The translations under genes and the position numbers were made by a program. A stretch of 64,000 bases of DNA, taken from NCBI RefSeq assembly GCF_004010195.1, contig NC_057715.1, positions 98,660,623 through 98,724,622 on the forward strand. Reading direction: 5' to 3'. A model generated the notes under the pieces. That model saw only the letters and a program-made list of their open reading frames with translations, did not search any database and was not told the DNA's origin. This document shows, one piece after another, positions 49,687-63,139 of the stretch. The stretch is from Chiloscyllium plagiosum (Eukaryota). The stretch's first letter is position 1, and every line of letters begins with the position of its first letter.

Positions 49687-50865
49687 TTTTTTGAAGAAGT
49701 AACAAAGAAGAGGATTGATGAGGGCAGACTATATGAACTTTAGTCAGGCATTCAACAAGATTCCTCATGATAGCAAGGTTAGATCACATGGGATTTAGGG
49801 AGAACTAGCTATCTGAATACAGAACTGGCTTGAAGGTATAAAACAGTGGTGGTGGACAGTTGCTTTTCAGACTGTAGGCCTGTGGTGTGTCACAAGGATC
49901 GGTGCTGGGTCAGCTGCTTTTTGTCACTTATACAATGGATGTGAACATAGGAGATATGGTTACTGTGTTTTCAGATGACACTAAAATTTGAGATGCAGTG
50001 GACGGAGTGGAAGGTTACCTCAGAGTAAAACAGGATCTTGATCAGATGGGCCATTGGGCTGAGGAGTGGCAGATGGAGTTTAAATTAGATAATATGAGGT
50101 GCTGCAATTTGGAAAGGCAAATCAAGGCAGGGCTTATACACTTAATGGTAAGATCCTGGGGAGTGTTGCTGAACAACGACCTTGGCGTTGCACGTTCATA
50201 GTTCTTTAAAGGTGGGGTCACAGGTAGGTAAGATAATGAAGGTGTTTGATATGCTTTCCTTTATTGGTCAGTGCATTAAGTATAGGAGTTGGGGGGTCAC
50301 GTTATGGCTGTACAGGGCATTGGTTTGGCCACTTTGGAGTTTTGTGTGCAGTTCTGGCCTCCCTCCTATAGTATGGATATTATGAAACTTGAAAGGGTTC
50401 AGAAAATACTTACAAGGATGTTGTCATGATTGGAGGCTTTGAGCTACAGGGAGAGGCTGGATAGGTTGGGCCTATTTTCCCTGGAGTGTCGGGGGCTGAG
50501 AGGTGACCTTATAGAGATTTATAAAATTATGAGGGGCATAGAAAGAGTAAGTAGACAGGTCTTTTCTCTGGGGACAAGGGAGTCTAAAACTAGAGGGCAT
50601 AGATTTAAGGTGAGAGGGAAAAGATATAAAAGCACCTGAGGGACAACCTTTTCATGCAGAGGATGGTGTGTTTATGGAATGAGCTACCAGAGGAAGTGGG
50701 GCGGCTGGTATGATTACAACATTTAAGTTATCTAGATGGGTGTATGGATAGGAAAGGGTTTGAGGGATATAGGCCAAATGAGGCTAGATTAATTTAAATA
50801 TCTGGTTGGCATGGATGTGTTGGACTGAAGGATCTGTTTCCGTGCTGTGTATCTCTGACTCTATG
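49687..50865 (+). mobile_element. CR1 ORF2 3' half, decayed
   Basis: DLDQMGHWAEEWQMEF and LSYRERLDRLGLFSLE motifs; ctctgactctatga tail. Confidence 0.9.
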
Positions 50866-52459
50866 AAATATAAGGTGTTGATGGATGTTGACTAAGGAAT
50901 TAATTTGACAATGAAATCAAAACAACGTTTGAAAACTATTTTTAGTTAGTAACTAGCCAAAGTTTTTTATTTAAGAAATCTTAGTCATCAAGAAATTGAC
51001 ATTACCAGATTTGTTTATTTTGTCTTGAGCAATGACTACATTTACTGATTTTCTTGTATTATTTAATCTGTTTTTGTTGGTTACTGTTTGGTGAGTAAGG
51101 GAATAATGTTGGTGGGAATTCACTGCTTATCATAACTCAAACTGGATTAGTAAATATACATTGTCAAATGTGCAGTTGAATTCATTTGAATTCAATTGCA
51201 CATACCGTGTTAGTGGGTGAAAGTTATTTGCTACATTGTATAATGGGAATGGAAAGTTCTTGGTTGCTGTTTGGGGGTGGTAGTTTCTCCCAGTCCCAGT
51301 GTTAAGTTTGTTTTAAAAAGTGATTGGTATTAATATCGATAATAGTTTATATGTTGAATTATCAGAGTTTTTTTAAATATAAAGCTGTATTTACTGTCTT
51401 TCACTTGAAGTACCAGTCTAAGAAATTGCTCACAATGAGAATAGATTAACTTGTTTAATTTGCATACTGAATATGGGACTTTTTCCAATTATAATTAGTT
51501 GTTGTGTGAATGTTGCCACCTGTCAAAAATGTCACACTGGTGTGAGTATATTGTTCTTTGCATTAGAAACTATATTAATAAAGCTATATGTATAAGCAAT
51601 AATAGATTATTATAACGCGATTGGTACAGTTAAATACTTGAGCTTTGATTGCAGTTTGTGTTAAATCAGCTTTCTATTAGTGTGTAACCCTCTTTGTCAG
51701 GTTTGCAATCTGATATTTTATATTTCTCTAGAGATAATATTATTAAATACAAAACACAATGGACATGTTTCTGATTTAAGATCTCAGAAAATAGTGCTAA
51801 CGTTAATTTCACGTTTCCACTCTATCAGCATGAGTTCCACTTTTTTTTAAAATGTAAGATTTGTATTCCAACGAGACTCCTAAAAAGAAATTAAGTATAA
51901 ACAGGTATACTGTATTAAAATGTGTAAAAGAACTGGTCTTCATTTTAGGTCATTCTCCTAAATTCTTATTTCCTCTACTTACTACACTACATTGCTTCTT
52001 TTTAATAACGGTTCCTGTTGCTATCTATGAAGGTACTTTCTTTTACAGGATGTTTTGAACTGAAGGGGAGGAAGTGATAGTGCATGGGTGGGCATGCACT
52101 GAGTTAATATTTTAATTTCTCTTTCCCAAATTGATGTGTGCTGTTCCCAGAATGGGAGGAAGTGAAGAAGTCTTGCTTCTTTATTCTTTTCTTACCCTTT
52201 GGAACATTTGTCTCCTAAAATCTCTGCAGGATGTTGCTTCATTTCATTTTTATTTCCCTTGTGAATAAAGCAACAAATTATTATTTTGTTTTAATGTATT
52301 CATAATTTCCATGTCTATAATACTGCTGTATGAGGGACCTCATTCAGAGGATGAGTGTTATGTTGTACATTGGAGGAGACTTAATTTAAAGTTGGGTTTA
52401 ACTTTCAATTTGTGATGAAATTCAGTTCTAGTTTTGCAGTTGGTATTTTCATTTGAAGT

Positions 52460-54735
52460 GATAGAGTCATAGAGATGTACTGCATGGAAACAGACCCATC
52501 GGTCCAACATGTCCATGCCGACCAGATATCCCAACCCAATCTAATCCCACCTGCCAGTACCCGGCCCATATCCCTCCAAACCCTTCCTATTCATACACCC
52601 ATCCAAATGAGTCTTAAATGTTGCAATTGTACCAGCTTCCACCACTTTCTCTGGCAGCTCATTCCATACACTTACCACCCTCTGTGTGATAAAGGTGCCC
52701 CGGAGGTGTCTCTTATATCTTTCCACTCTCACCCTAAACCTATGCCCTCTAGTTCTGGGCTCCCTGACCCCAGGGAAAAGACTTGGCCTATTTATCCTAT
52801 CCATGCCTCTCATAATTTTGTAAACCTCTGTAAGGTCACCCCTCAGCCTCTGACGCTCCAGGGAAAACAGCCCAGCTTGTTCAGCATCTTCCGATAGCTC
52901 AAATCCTCCAACCCTGGCAACATCCTTGTAAATCTTTTCTGAACCCTTGCAAGTTTCACAACATCTTTCCGATAGGCAGGAGACCAGAATTGCACGCAAT
53001 ATTCCAGTGGCCTAACCAATGTCCCTGTACAGCCACAACATGACCTCCCAACTCCTGTACTCAATATACTCTGACCAATAAAGGAAAGCATACAAATGTC
53101 TCCTTCACGATCCTATCTACCAGCGACTCCACTTTCAAGGAACTATGAACCTGCACTCCAAGGTCTCTTTGTTCAGCAACACTCCTTAGGACCTTACCAT
53201 TAAGTGTATAAGTCCTGATCTGATTTGCTTTCCCAAAATGCAGCACATCGTATTTATCTGAATTAAACTTCATCTACCACTTCTCAGCCCATTGGCCCAT
53301 CTGGTCAAGATCCTGTTATAATCGGTGGTAACCCTCTTCACTGTCCACTGCACCTCCAATTTTGGTGTCATCTGCAAACTTACTAATTGTACCTCTTATG
53401 CTCGTATCCAAATCATTTATGTAAATGATGAAAAGTAGAGGACCCAGCACCGATTCTTGTGGCACTCCACTGGTCACAGGCCTCCAGTTTGAAAAACAAC
53501 CCTCCACCACCACCCTCTGTCTTCTACCTTTTGAGTCAGTTCTGTATCCAAATAGCTAGTTCTCCCTGTATTCCATGAGATCTAACCTTGCTAATCCGTC
53601 TCCCTTGGGGAACCTTGTTGAATGCTTTACTGAAGTCCATATAGATCACATCTCCTGCTCTGCCTTCATCAATCCTTTTTGTTACTTCAAAAAACTCAAT
53701 CAAGTTTAAGAGACATGATTTTCCACTCTCAAAGCCATGTTGACTGTCCCTAATCAGTCTTTGCCTTTCCAAATACATGTACATCCTGTCCCTCAGGATT
53801 CCCTCCAACAACTTGCCCACCAACAACATCAGGCTCGCTGGTCTATAGTTCCCTGGCTTGTCCTTGCCACCCTTTTTAAACAGTGGCACCACGTTAGCCA
53901 ACCTCCAGTCTTCCGGCACCTCACCTGTGACTATCGATGATACAAATATCTCAGCAAGAGGCCCAGTAATCATTTCTCTAGCTTCCCACAGAGTTCTTGG
54001 ATACATCTGATCAGGTCCTGGGGATTTATCCACCTTTACCCATTTCAAAGACATCTAGCACTTCCTCCTCTGTAATATGGATATTCTGCAAGGTGTCACC
54101 ATCTATTTCCTGCAGTCTATATCTTCCATATCCTTTTCCACAGTAAATACTGATGCAAACTATTCATTTAATATCTTCCCCCATTTTCTGTGGCTCCACA
54201 CAAAGGCCACCTTGTTGATCTTTGAGGGGCTCTATTCTCTCCCCAGTTACCCTTTTTTCCTTAAAACCCTTTGGATTCTCCTTAATTCGATTTGCCAAAG
54301 CTATCTCATGTCCCCTTTTTGCCCTCCTGATTTCCCTCTGAAGTATACTCCTACCTCCTTTATACTCTTCTAAGGATTCACTCGATCTATCCTGTCTATA
54401 CCTGACATGTGCTTCCTTCTTTTTCTTAACCAAACCCTTAATCTCTTTAGTCATCCAGCTTTCCTTATTACTACCAGCCTTCCCTTTCACCCTAACAGGA
54501 ATATACTTTCTTTGGATTCTCGTTTCTGAAGTCTTCCCATTTTCTAGCCATCCCTTTACCTGCGAACATCTGCCCCGAATCAGCTTTCGAAAGTTCTTAC
54601 CTAATACCATCAAAATTGGCCTTTCTCCAATTTAGAACTTCAACTTTTAGATCTGTCTATCTTTTTCCATCATTATTTTAAATCTAATAGAATTATGGTC
54701 ACTGGCCTCAAAATGCTCTCCCACTGACACCTCAG
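52460..54735 (-). mobile_element. Longest and best-preserved CR1 ORF2 in the window (about 2.3 kb, frameshifted)
   Basis: [46 protein letters not shown] and [13 protein letters not shown] motifs in the expected order. Confidence 0.95.
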
Positions 54736-55359
54736 CAAGTAAAATTAATAAATTCACAGTTGTGAAGTGCTATTTTGTGTTGAGATGGTTTTGAAATTTG
54801 TTGCAAGATGAAAATATATAAAGTGAATGGCCAAAGTTTTATTTGTTGTGGTTATTTATGTATTGTATCAACTTGTATTATGTTCAACATAATGTGCTGC
54901 ATTTCATACATTGGAATGTGTTTGTGCTTGTTAACAATATAGATCTTGTTTTTAGTGCTATCCATTACATAACAATCTAAAACAAAAGTAATATTTTCAA
55001 TGGAGTACTCCATCTCAGCCTTCTGTCTTCCCATGCTGCTGAATTTTGCTGAGTACATTTTTTCATGAACTTGACAGCTTACTGATTCTGATCCCAAGTA
55101 CTGTTCTTCAGGCTACTGTGGAAATGCATGATATGCTTGCACATTGAAAAAAGCAACTTTGGGTAGAAATGAAGGGCTGCTAGTACCTGAAGAAATGATA
55201 TCCAGCAAATGTTCGCAAATTGGAGGAAAGGAGAAAACCGGCAGGACAAACAACAAATCCATGGTGCAGTGCAAAGCAATTTTAAAAAAACACACCATTT
55301 GCTGGGCCAGCATTTACAACCTGTTTTAGTTGCCTTTTGAGAAAGTGGTGATTGCTGCG

Positions 55360-55695
55360 TTGTACCAATATAGTTTGTTTGGACCTACAATGCTTTCAGG
55401 CAGGGAGTTCCATGATTTTCATTTGGTGACAGGCAGGAATGGTGATTTATATTTCAAAGTCAGGGTGCTGAGTAACTTAAGGAGTACTTGCAAACAATGG
55501 TTTTCTCATGCATCTGCAACTCTTGTCCTTCTAGATGGTGATGGTCGTAGGTCTGGAAGATGCTGCCTGAGGAATCTTTGGGAATTTCTGCAGTGCATCT
55601 GTAGATGGTACACACTACTACAGAGTGGTAGTGGAGGGAATGAATGTTTGTGGATGTGCTACCGAACGAGTGGACTGCTTTGTCTAGGATGGATA
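55360..55695 (-). mobile_element. L2-like LINE 3' fragment
   Basis: Reverse-complement similarity to 32430-32780. Confidence 0.65.
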
Positions 55696-56250
55696 ATGCT
55701 TTGGAAATGTTTGTGCATGTATATTGGCATTTTGGATGGAACACTTTTTGATGCACGTTTTGTTGGAAGAAGTGAAAATTCCTTCATGGTTTCAAATATT
55801 TATATCGTATTGTGTATTTTTTAAAAATTCATTCTCAGGATGAGCAAATAATATCACTATTATCCATTGATTATGCCACTAGGCAATTGCCTCATCTTGT
55901 GGGGAAACTACAGCACATACTGTAATCCACATGTACCTCTAAAATTTGAAAAATTTGTGAATGAATCTGCTATTTGTAGCATAATTATAAATACACAGTT
56001 TAAACAAGCATTTTACAAATTGTGAACTAATGCTAATTGAGATTACAAAATTACTGTATATTGGAAATCTGTAACAAAAATAAAATATTGGAAATATTGA
56101 ACAGGCTGGGTAGCTTCTGTGGAAGAAGAAAAACAAGATGACATTTTCATCAGAATTGTTTGCTGTTAGTTGATGGATATTCCAACTTTTGCCTTACTCG
56201 GAGGAATAATTTCTTCATCACATAGCAACCACTAGATTCTCAAATGATAG

Positions 56251-56475
56251 GAGCAAATTACTACAGATGCTGGAGTCTGTACTGAAAATAACAGATGCTG
56301 GAGATCACAGTGGTTCAGACAGCATCATATGAAGAGAGAGAGAGCGCAAGCTAACGTTTTGAGTCTAGATGACTCTTCCTCAGCACTGGTCTGATGAACA
56401 GTCATTTAGACTCAACGTTAGCTTGCTCTCTCGCCATGGATGCTGTCTAACCTTCCGTGATTTTCAGCATTTGCT
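56251..56475. mobile_element. Fourth-family fold-back Penelope-like element; 14-bp TSD with one mismatch
   Basis: TTCTCAAAT(G/A)ATAG at 56237-56250 and 56476-56489; inverted arms; CTGATGA core at 56391 (+) and CTGAGGAAGAGTCATCTAGACTCAAAACGTTA on the - strand at 56352-56383. Confidence 0.7.
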
Positions 56476-56695
56476 TTCTCAAATAATAGCTGCTAATTTA
56501 CTGTCTGTCTGTCTCTGCCCATCCTGCCCTGCCCCGCCTAACCATCAGAGACTGAAGTGACATGTTTGTAGCCACCATCATTAGGGCCATTGCATGCAAC
56601 TCCATGTTTAAATTTTCAAATATGTCACTTTGTGGTCTCCACACTCTCCTCCTTGGAAACTTGAAACCATCCAAAACCCTGTTGCCCGTGTCTTA

Positions 56696-57050
56696 AGACC
56701 ATAAGACATAAGAGCGGAAGTAAGGCCATTCGGCCCATTGACACCACTCCGCCATTCAATCATGGCTGATAGGCATTTCAACTCCACTTACCTGCATTCT
56801 CCCCGTAGCCATTAATTCCTTGTGACATCAAGAATTTATCAATTTCTGCCTTGAAGACATTTAGCGTCCCAGCCTCCACTGCTTTCTGTGGCAATGAATT
56901 CCACAGGCCCACCACACTCTGGCTGAAGAAATGTCTCCGCATTTCTGTTCTGAATTTACCCCCTCTAACGTTTCCATGGGTGTCCATGGGTCCTAGTCTC
57001 CTCGCCTAACGGAAACAATTTCCTAGCGTCCACCCTCTCCAAGCCATGTC
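56696..57050 (-). mobile_element. CR1 3' fragment
   Basis: FRTEMRRHFFSQSVVGLWNSLPQKAVEA; ttatgtcttatggtctta tail. Confidence 0.88.
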
Positions 57051-57504
57051 TTGTCTCACACCATTCCATTCAAGTAACTTTCTTGTGCTCGGTGAATTGC
57101 TTTAAACCCTGGACAACAATGTTTTGATTTTACCATTCTTAACTTTTATCTCCATATGCTTACATGACCCTTTTTCCCCCTCTGATTTGTATAACCACCT
57201 CCAGACTCTCAGATACTTGGAACTCATTTAGTTCTAGCCTCTTGAGCATCCTGACTTTTGAGTGCTCCATCCTTGAAGGCTATGCCTTCAATTGTGTATT
57301 CTCTAAGCTATGGAATTTCTTTCTCTGACCTCTCCATTTTCCTATCTTTCTTTTCTCTAACTTAATCTTTGAACAAAAATGTTATCATCTAACCTATTAT
57401 AACCTTATTTGGCTTGGTATCATTCAGATTACTAACCGTCCTATGAGGTGTATTGGGCATTTGATTACATTTAAAGGTGTTTAATAAAAATTAATTGTAT
57501 GAAG

Positions 57505-58295
57505 CAATAAGACAATAAGAAATGGAATGGGCAGTGGGCCTTTCAGCCCCTCAAGCCTGCTTTGCCATTCAATAGAATCGTGGCTGGTCCAACATTCCTA
57601 ACATCCAGTTTCCCGCTTTTCCACAATAACTCTTGATTTTTCCTACTTGTTAAGAATCAGTCTATCTCAGCCTTGAACAAACACTCTGCCCCTACAACTA
57701 TCTCTCTCAAGAAATTCTAAACACTCAACCCTCCTAGAGAAGAAATTCCTTCTCATCTGAGTCTTCCATTGATGTCCCTTTTATTCTAAGACAATGGTTT
57801 CTGATCTTAGGCTCTCCCATAAGGGAAACATCCTTTCAGCATTTATCCTGTCAAGCCCTTGAAGAATCCTGTCTGTTTTGGTAAGATTACCTCTCATTCT
57901 TCTAAACTCTGAGCACAGGCCCATCCTAGTCAATCTCTCTTCATGAGACAATTTCTTCATACCTTGAATCGTCCTACTGAACCTTCTCTGAACTGTCTCC
58001 AATGAAATTATATCTTTCCTCCAAACTACTCTCAGTATTCCAGATGTGATCTCACCAGCACTTCGTACAGTTGCCACTTAGACTGTCTCTACTCTTGTAC
58101 TCCAAACCCTTGTAATAAAGGTTGGTATCCCATTTGCCTTTCTGACTATCTACTATACCAGTGTGCTGGCTTTATGTTTCCAGTACTCCCAAGTCCCTTT
58201 GCAGTTTACTGCTGTTTTTCTCGATTTAAAGGATACTCTGTTCTTTTGTTCTCTCTTCCAAAATAAACAGCTTCATGTTTTCCAACATTTTATAC
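57505..58295 (-). mobile_element. CR1 3' fragment
   Basis: KDIISLETVQRRFSRTIQGMKKLSHEERL. Confidence 0.85.
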
Positions 58296-58938
58296 TGCGT
58301 TTGCAATGATTACAATCATACTTCAAAAATCTGTTGCAAACTCTCTTCCCTCTCTGTTTCTGTTATATGACCTGAGTGAGTTTGAAGAAAGTAGTAATTT
58401 CTAAAGGAGGAATTGGGGATATGAATCTGGCTTCATGCCTCTTTGGTCCCTTACAGAATTAAAATTAATAGGATAAGAAAAAAATACAAATTGACTTTGC
58501 ATCTCTTTTATTAAAAGAAAAGTAAGTGAATATCTAATGTTGATAGTTAGCTTAGTTTAACAGTTGATTTGCAGTGCATAGTAACACCAACAGTAACTGT
58601 ATGAAGAATCTTAATTTTAGTACAGTGGAGATGATGGGAAGGAGAATACAGTATATTGGTGTATTTTTGAACTTGGAAGAGTTGAAGAAAATGTTGCGCA
58701 TGTACTAGTTAGAGTAATGACACTAACCTTTTATGATTTTGGGTGAGGCTGGGGAATGGTTGCTGGCAATGGAGAAGAGAAAGAGAATGTCATTAGTGTG
58801 TTTTGCTCTCTTGCCTAATGGTTCAGGAAAGTTTCAATAATCCTTTCCAGAAATGAGACTTTCAGAAGTTTTGAAAAAAATTACATGCATTGGGAGATGT
58901 TTGGTAATGGAGGGAGTTTAGGTCACTAATTATCTGAT

Positions 58939-59141
58939 CTGAAAATGTGTTGCTGGAAAAGCGCAGCAGGTCAAGCAGCATCCCAGGAACAGGAGAATCG
59001 ACGTTTCGGGCATAAGCCCTTCTTCAGGACTTATGCCCGAACGTCGATTCTCCTGTTCCTTGGATGCTGCCTGACCTGCTGCGCTTTTCCAGCAACACAT
59101 TTTCAGCTCTGATCTCCAGCATCTGCAGCCCTTACTTTCTC
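58939..59141. mobile_element. Fold-back Penelope-like element; 16-bp TSD TCACTAATTATCTGAT
   Basis: Direct repeats at 58923-58938 and 59142-59157; near-perfect inverted arms of about 75 bp; intact hammerhead-like core on the - strand. Confidence 0.8.
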
Positions 59142-59304
59142 TCACTAATTATCTGATGCCCACTTCAGTGGGCACAAATTGTGTATGTCTTAATTATTTG
59201 ATACATCCTAAAAATGAGTGGTGTCTCAAATATGTGATCAAATTTATAAAAAGGTGCTCAATCCTGCAGCTCACAATCACCTTCTCAAAGTCAGTTCAGG
59301 AAGG

Positions 59305-59489
59305 TCAGGCAGCATCCAAGGAACAGGAGAATCGACGTTTCGGGCATAAGCCCTTCATCAGGAAGCCCTGATGAAGGGCTTATGCCCGAAACGTCGATTC
59401 TCCTGTTCCTTGGATGCTGCCTGACCTGTGCTTTACCAGCAACACATTTTCAGCTCTGATCTCCAGCATCTGCAGACCTCACTTTCTCC
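59305..59489. mobile_element. Fold-back Penelope-like element with hammerhead-like cores on both strands; 14-bp TSD TCAGTTCAGGAAGG
   Basis: Direct repeats at 59291-59304 and 59490-59503; CTGATGAAGGGCTTATGCCCGAAACGTC at 59368-59395 (+) and its exact reverse complement at 59334-59361. Confidence 0.82.
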
Positions 59490-60336
59490 TCAGTTCAGGA
59501 AGGGCAATTCATGCTGGCCCAGCCAGCGATGCCCACAATGAATGAATTAAGAAGTGTCTGTGAACTGAACATGCAAGGAATGCAAACAGTCTTGATTTTA
59601 AAAAACGCTTATGCAGAAAAAGTTTGATTTTTCTCCTCCATCTTTTTTATTTGTCCTTATTACTAGAAATCTTTTGATCCAGACCTTTTTACATTTTCTT
59701 CATGAAAAGGGAAGATTCAGTGTGTTCAGTGATGCTGTGAGTTAACTGAGATCCTAACCGTGCACTCCTGCCCCAGAGTTTTATTTCTCCTTCCCTATTA
59801 GTTAGCTGTTCTTGTCTCAATTGCTGAACCTCACCATTTCCTCCATGCTTTTCCCTTCCTGCCCCCTCTTGCTGAGATTTTGTGATAAACCATTTTGATT
59901 TTTGACAGTATTTAAGATCTGTAGGAGGCCAGTGAGAGAACATCAGTGGAAGAGCTGGAGCATTTATTTAAAGGCAAATGCTGTCTTTTTGCTTGGCCTA
60001 CTTTCTGTCAACAAATTCTGAAACCTGTTGCAATCAGCTGTGTTTAAAAGAACAAAAGCAACACAGTACAGTACCAGGGACTGTCATGTAGACAGCACAC
60101 GACTCTTTGTATTTTTCCAAGAAGTACATTAATCTAAGATTGTATATCTTGTACACAATATTGTTTCTGTAATGGGTATGTTAATTGGGGGAAGATGGCA
60201 TGGGAAAGAGTGAAGATTATATAATTGAACATTATTTTTGTTTTGATTCGTGTGTAGTGAGGCGCTTTTTGAAAAACTTATGGATTGAAAGATAGGGGTT
60301 CCATTATTCAAATTTTTAAAAATGAGCATTGATTTA

Positions 60337-60832
60337 TAGAGTCAAACAGCATGGAGATGGATACTTCTATCCACCTTGTCCGTGCTGACCAGATATCCTA
60401 AACTGATCTAGCCCCATTTGCCAACCTTTGGCCCATGTGCCTCTAAACACTTCCTGTTCATCTACCCATCCAGATACCTTTCAAATTATGTAATTGTACC
60501 TGCCTCCATTACCTCTGACAGCTTGTTCCATACACACACCATCCTCTGTGTGGAAAAGTTGCCCCTCCTAGTTTTTAAATCTTTCACTTCTCACCTTTAA
60601 ATGTATGCCATCTAGTTTTGGACTCCCCTACCCGAGGAAAAAGACCCTAGTTAATCACTTTTATCCAACCCCTCATGAGTTTATAAACCTCTAAGGTCAC
60701 TCCAAGGAAAATAGCCCAAGCCTATTCAGCCTCTTCCTGTAGCTCAAACCCTCTAATCTTGGTAACCTCCTTGCAAATCTTTTCTGAACCCTTTCAAGTT
60801 TCGTAACATCTTTCCAATAGTAAGGAGACTGC
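60337..60832 (-). mobile_element. CR1 3' fragment
   Basis: Similar to 52460-52990. Confidence 0.8.
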
Positions 60833-61199
60833 ATTTTAACTTGTTGCGAGATGCCCCTATGGAATTCAATACTTTTAAAGGTAAAGTTGTAATATTTTAT
60901 CAGTTTTAAAAGGTAAAGTAAATTGTTGATTTTGCTCGTGGTGTTTTATACTGTTCTAGAGCACTACTACTGTTAAGTGTAATAATCCTCATGGGCTGTT
61001 AGCTAAAATAATCAAATGAACCAAATTCTCTATCTCCTAGCCTCCCTTTGAGGAAAATTGCAACTAGATTTGTCTTTTTTTAGTAACATAAGCAAAGATC
61101 TGAACCAATGCAAATTAAGCATGCATAAATACTCAAATGATAATTCAAATTAAGAGATTAAACTTTAACCCTGACAAATTCTTTCAGGACTCGATGTAG

Positions 61200-63130
61200 A
61201 TTTCAGTCATTTTTGGGCCTGTTCACCACTATATCTTTTACCCATCCTGACATTGAAAATTGTCCAGGTATGCCTATGAACATAAAGCAAGACCAATCCG
61301 ACCTGGCCAGTAACTGCCCTGTTGGTTGATGACTCATCACCAGCAAACTGGTAAAGAGGTCATTGTCATTACAAATGCAAGTTAATAGCAGTGGAATAAC
61401 CCTGTTGGCTGACATTAGTTGGGTTCTGACAGAGCACACGGTTCCTGACCTCATTACAGCCTTAGTCCAAAAATGCTGAAGTCCATTGGTGAGGTCAAAG
61501 TGACTGACCCCCATATCAAGGCAACATTTGATCAAGTATGACATCAATAAGTCCTAGTACACCTAGAGTGGATAAGAATATTAGGAGGGGGTGGGACTCC
61601 TCACTTGTTAGGATCATGTTCAACACATGGGTGATGGTTTCAGTTGTTGGACGTCAATCATCTTAGGCCCAGGGCATCATAATTGCAGAAGTTCTTCAGT
61701 TAGTGTCCTAGATCCAGCTGATACAACCATGACTTCACTTTATTATACAAGGAAGATGTGGGGTTGGATGTTTGTTGTTAATTGCACAACATGAAGCATA
61801 ATTTGCAACTGAAACAGACCATAATTAGCAAGACTGCCTAAGGCTTGGGCAGATAAAAGACAAGTAACATTGTTACACAACTGTCATGTTTTGGCTGTTT
61901 CCCCACAGAAGAGAATTTAACTATCACCCCCTAATGTTCAGTGGTATTACGATTGCTGAATCCCCATACTAGGGGTTACCATTTGTCCAGAAACTGAACT
62001 GGGCTAGCTCTATAAATATTGTGGTTAAAGGATCTAGATAGAGGCCAGGCATTGCTTCTTTTGTTCATGGATACTGGTTAGAGGGCAGTTAAGCGTCAAC
62101 TGCATTGCCAACAATCTGCATTTATTTGTGGGTCAGATGGTAAAGATGGCAGAATTCTTCCCTCAAGGGAAAGAGTAAACAAGATTTGTTTTTGCAACAA
62201 TCAACAGCAGTTGCCCAATAGGGTTAGGCTAGCAGTTTATTATAGATTTTTACTGATTTCAAATTTCACCATTTCCCATCGTAATATGCAGTTCATATCT
62301 CCAGAACAATTGCCTGGGGTTCTGGATTTCCAGTCCAGTGACCTTACCACTGTACCACTGCATTCTGCAGCTAGTACACTCATCATGTCTCCTCACTGCC
62401 GTTGCATCATCTACAAAGTATATTCAAGAGTGTAATACAATGCAGGTAGTTCTTCTATAACGCAATGTTTGCCTTCTTGTGCAATCCTGTGTTACAGAAA
62501 AATTGTGCTTTAGAAACAGCGCTTGAAGTGTTGGTGATTTAACCAAGTTACAGCCAACGTGCATTTTGAAAGTTTGTAAAAACAGAGTCCCCAATTCGTC
62601 AATTGTGTCATTGTGTTTCGTTAAAGCAAACTTGCGTGTTATAGCAGTACAGCCTGTACTATCCACTTACTGGATGACTGAACCTTCAACAGTATTCGAA
62701 CTTGACAGCATCCAAAACAAAGCAGCTTGCTTAATTGACACTGCACTCGCCTCCTTCAACATTCACTTCCTTCGCTATTGATACCGAATGATGACACCCA
62801 GACACCATCTCTAAAATGGGTCTGTAGTAATCCATCAAGTTGTCTCCTTGCAAATCCTCTACCACACAGGACATAGGTAACAGATAAATTGGAACGCTAT
62901 TACCTGCAAGTTCCTGTACAAGCACCACACTATCCTGACTTGGAATTAAATAGATCATTTTTTTCACTCACTGAATCAAATTACTGGAACATCTTTCTAA
63001 CACCATTGTTGGTGTTCCTACACCACAAATACTGCAGTGCTTCAAGAAGGCAGCTCATCATCACCACCTTCAGGGAAACTAGGAGCAGGCAATAAATTCT
63101 TGCCTTGTCAGCAACATCCCATGAATGTAC
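61200..63130 (+). mobile_element. Highly decayed L2-like LINE with nested insertions
   Basis: Collinear with 31345-32865 (for example ELDSIQNKAACLI and the aataaa...catcccatgaatg tail). Confidence 0.7.
62443..62656. mobile_element. Tc1/mariner-type (Tigger/pogo-like) MITE
   Basis: Imperfect TIRs CAGGTAGTTCTTCTATAACGC / GTGTTATAGCAGTACAGCCTG, followed by TA on the right; it interrupts the L2-like copy. Confidence 0.65.
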
Positions 63131-63139
63131 TTTTTTTCA

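Noticed and set aside
52460-54735. Active autonomous LINE
   Set aside because: Broken into several frames and 5'-truncated, with no ORF1.
55330-55824. 164-aa + strand ORF as an exon of the 48-kb gene
   Set aside because: Mostly antisense to an L2-like 3' fragment, with no recognisable domain.
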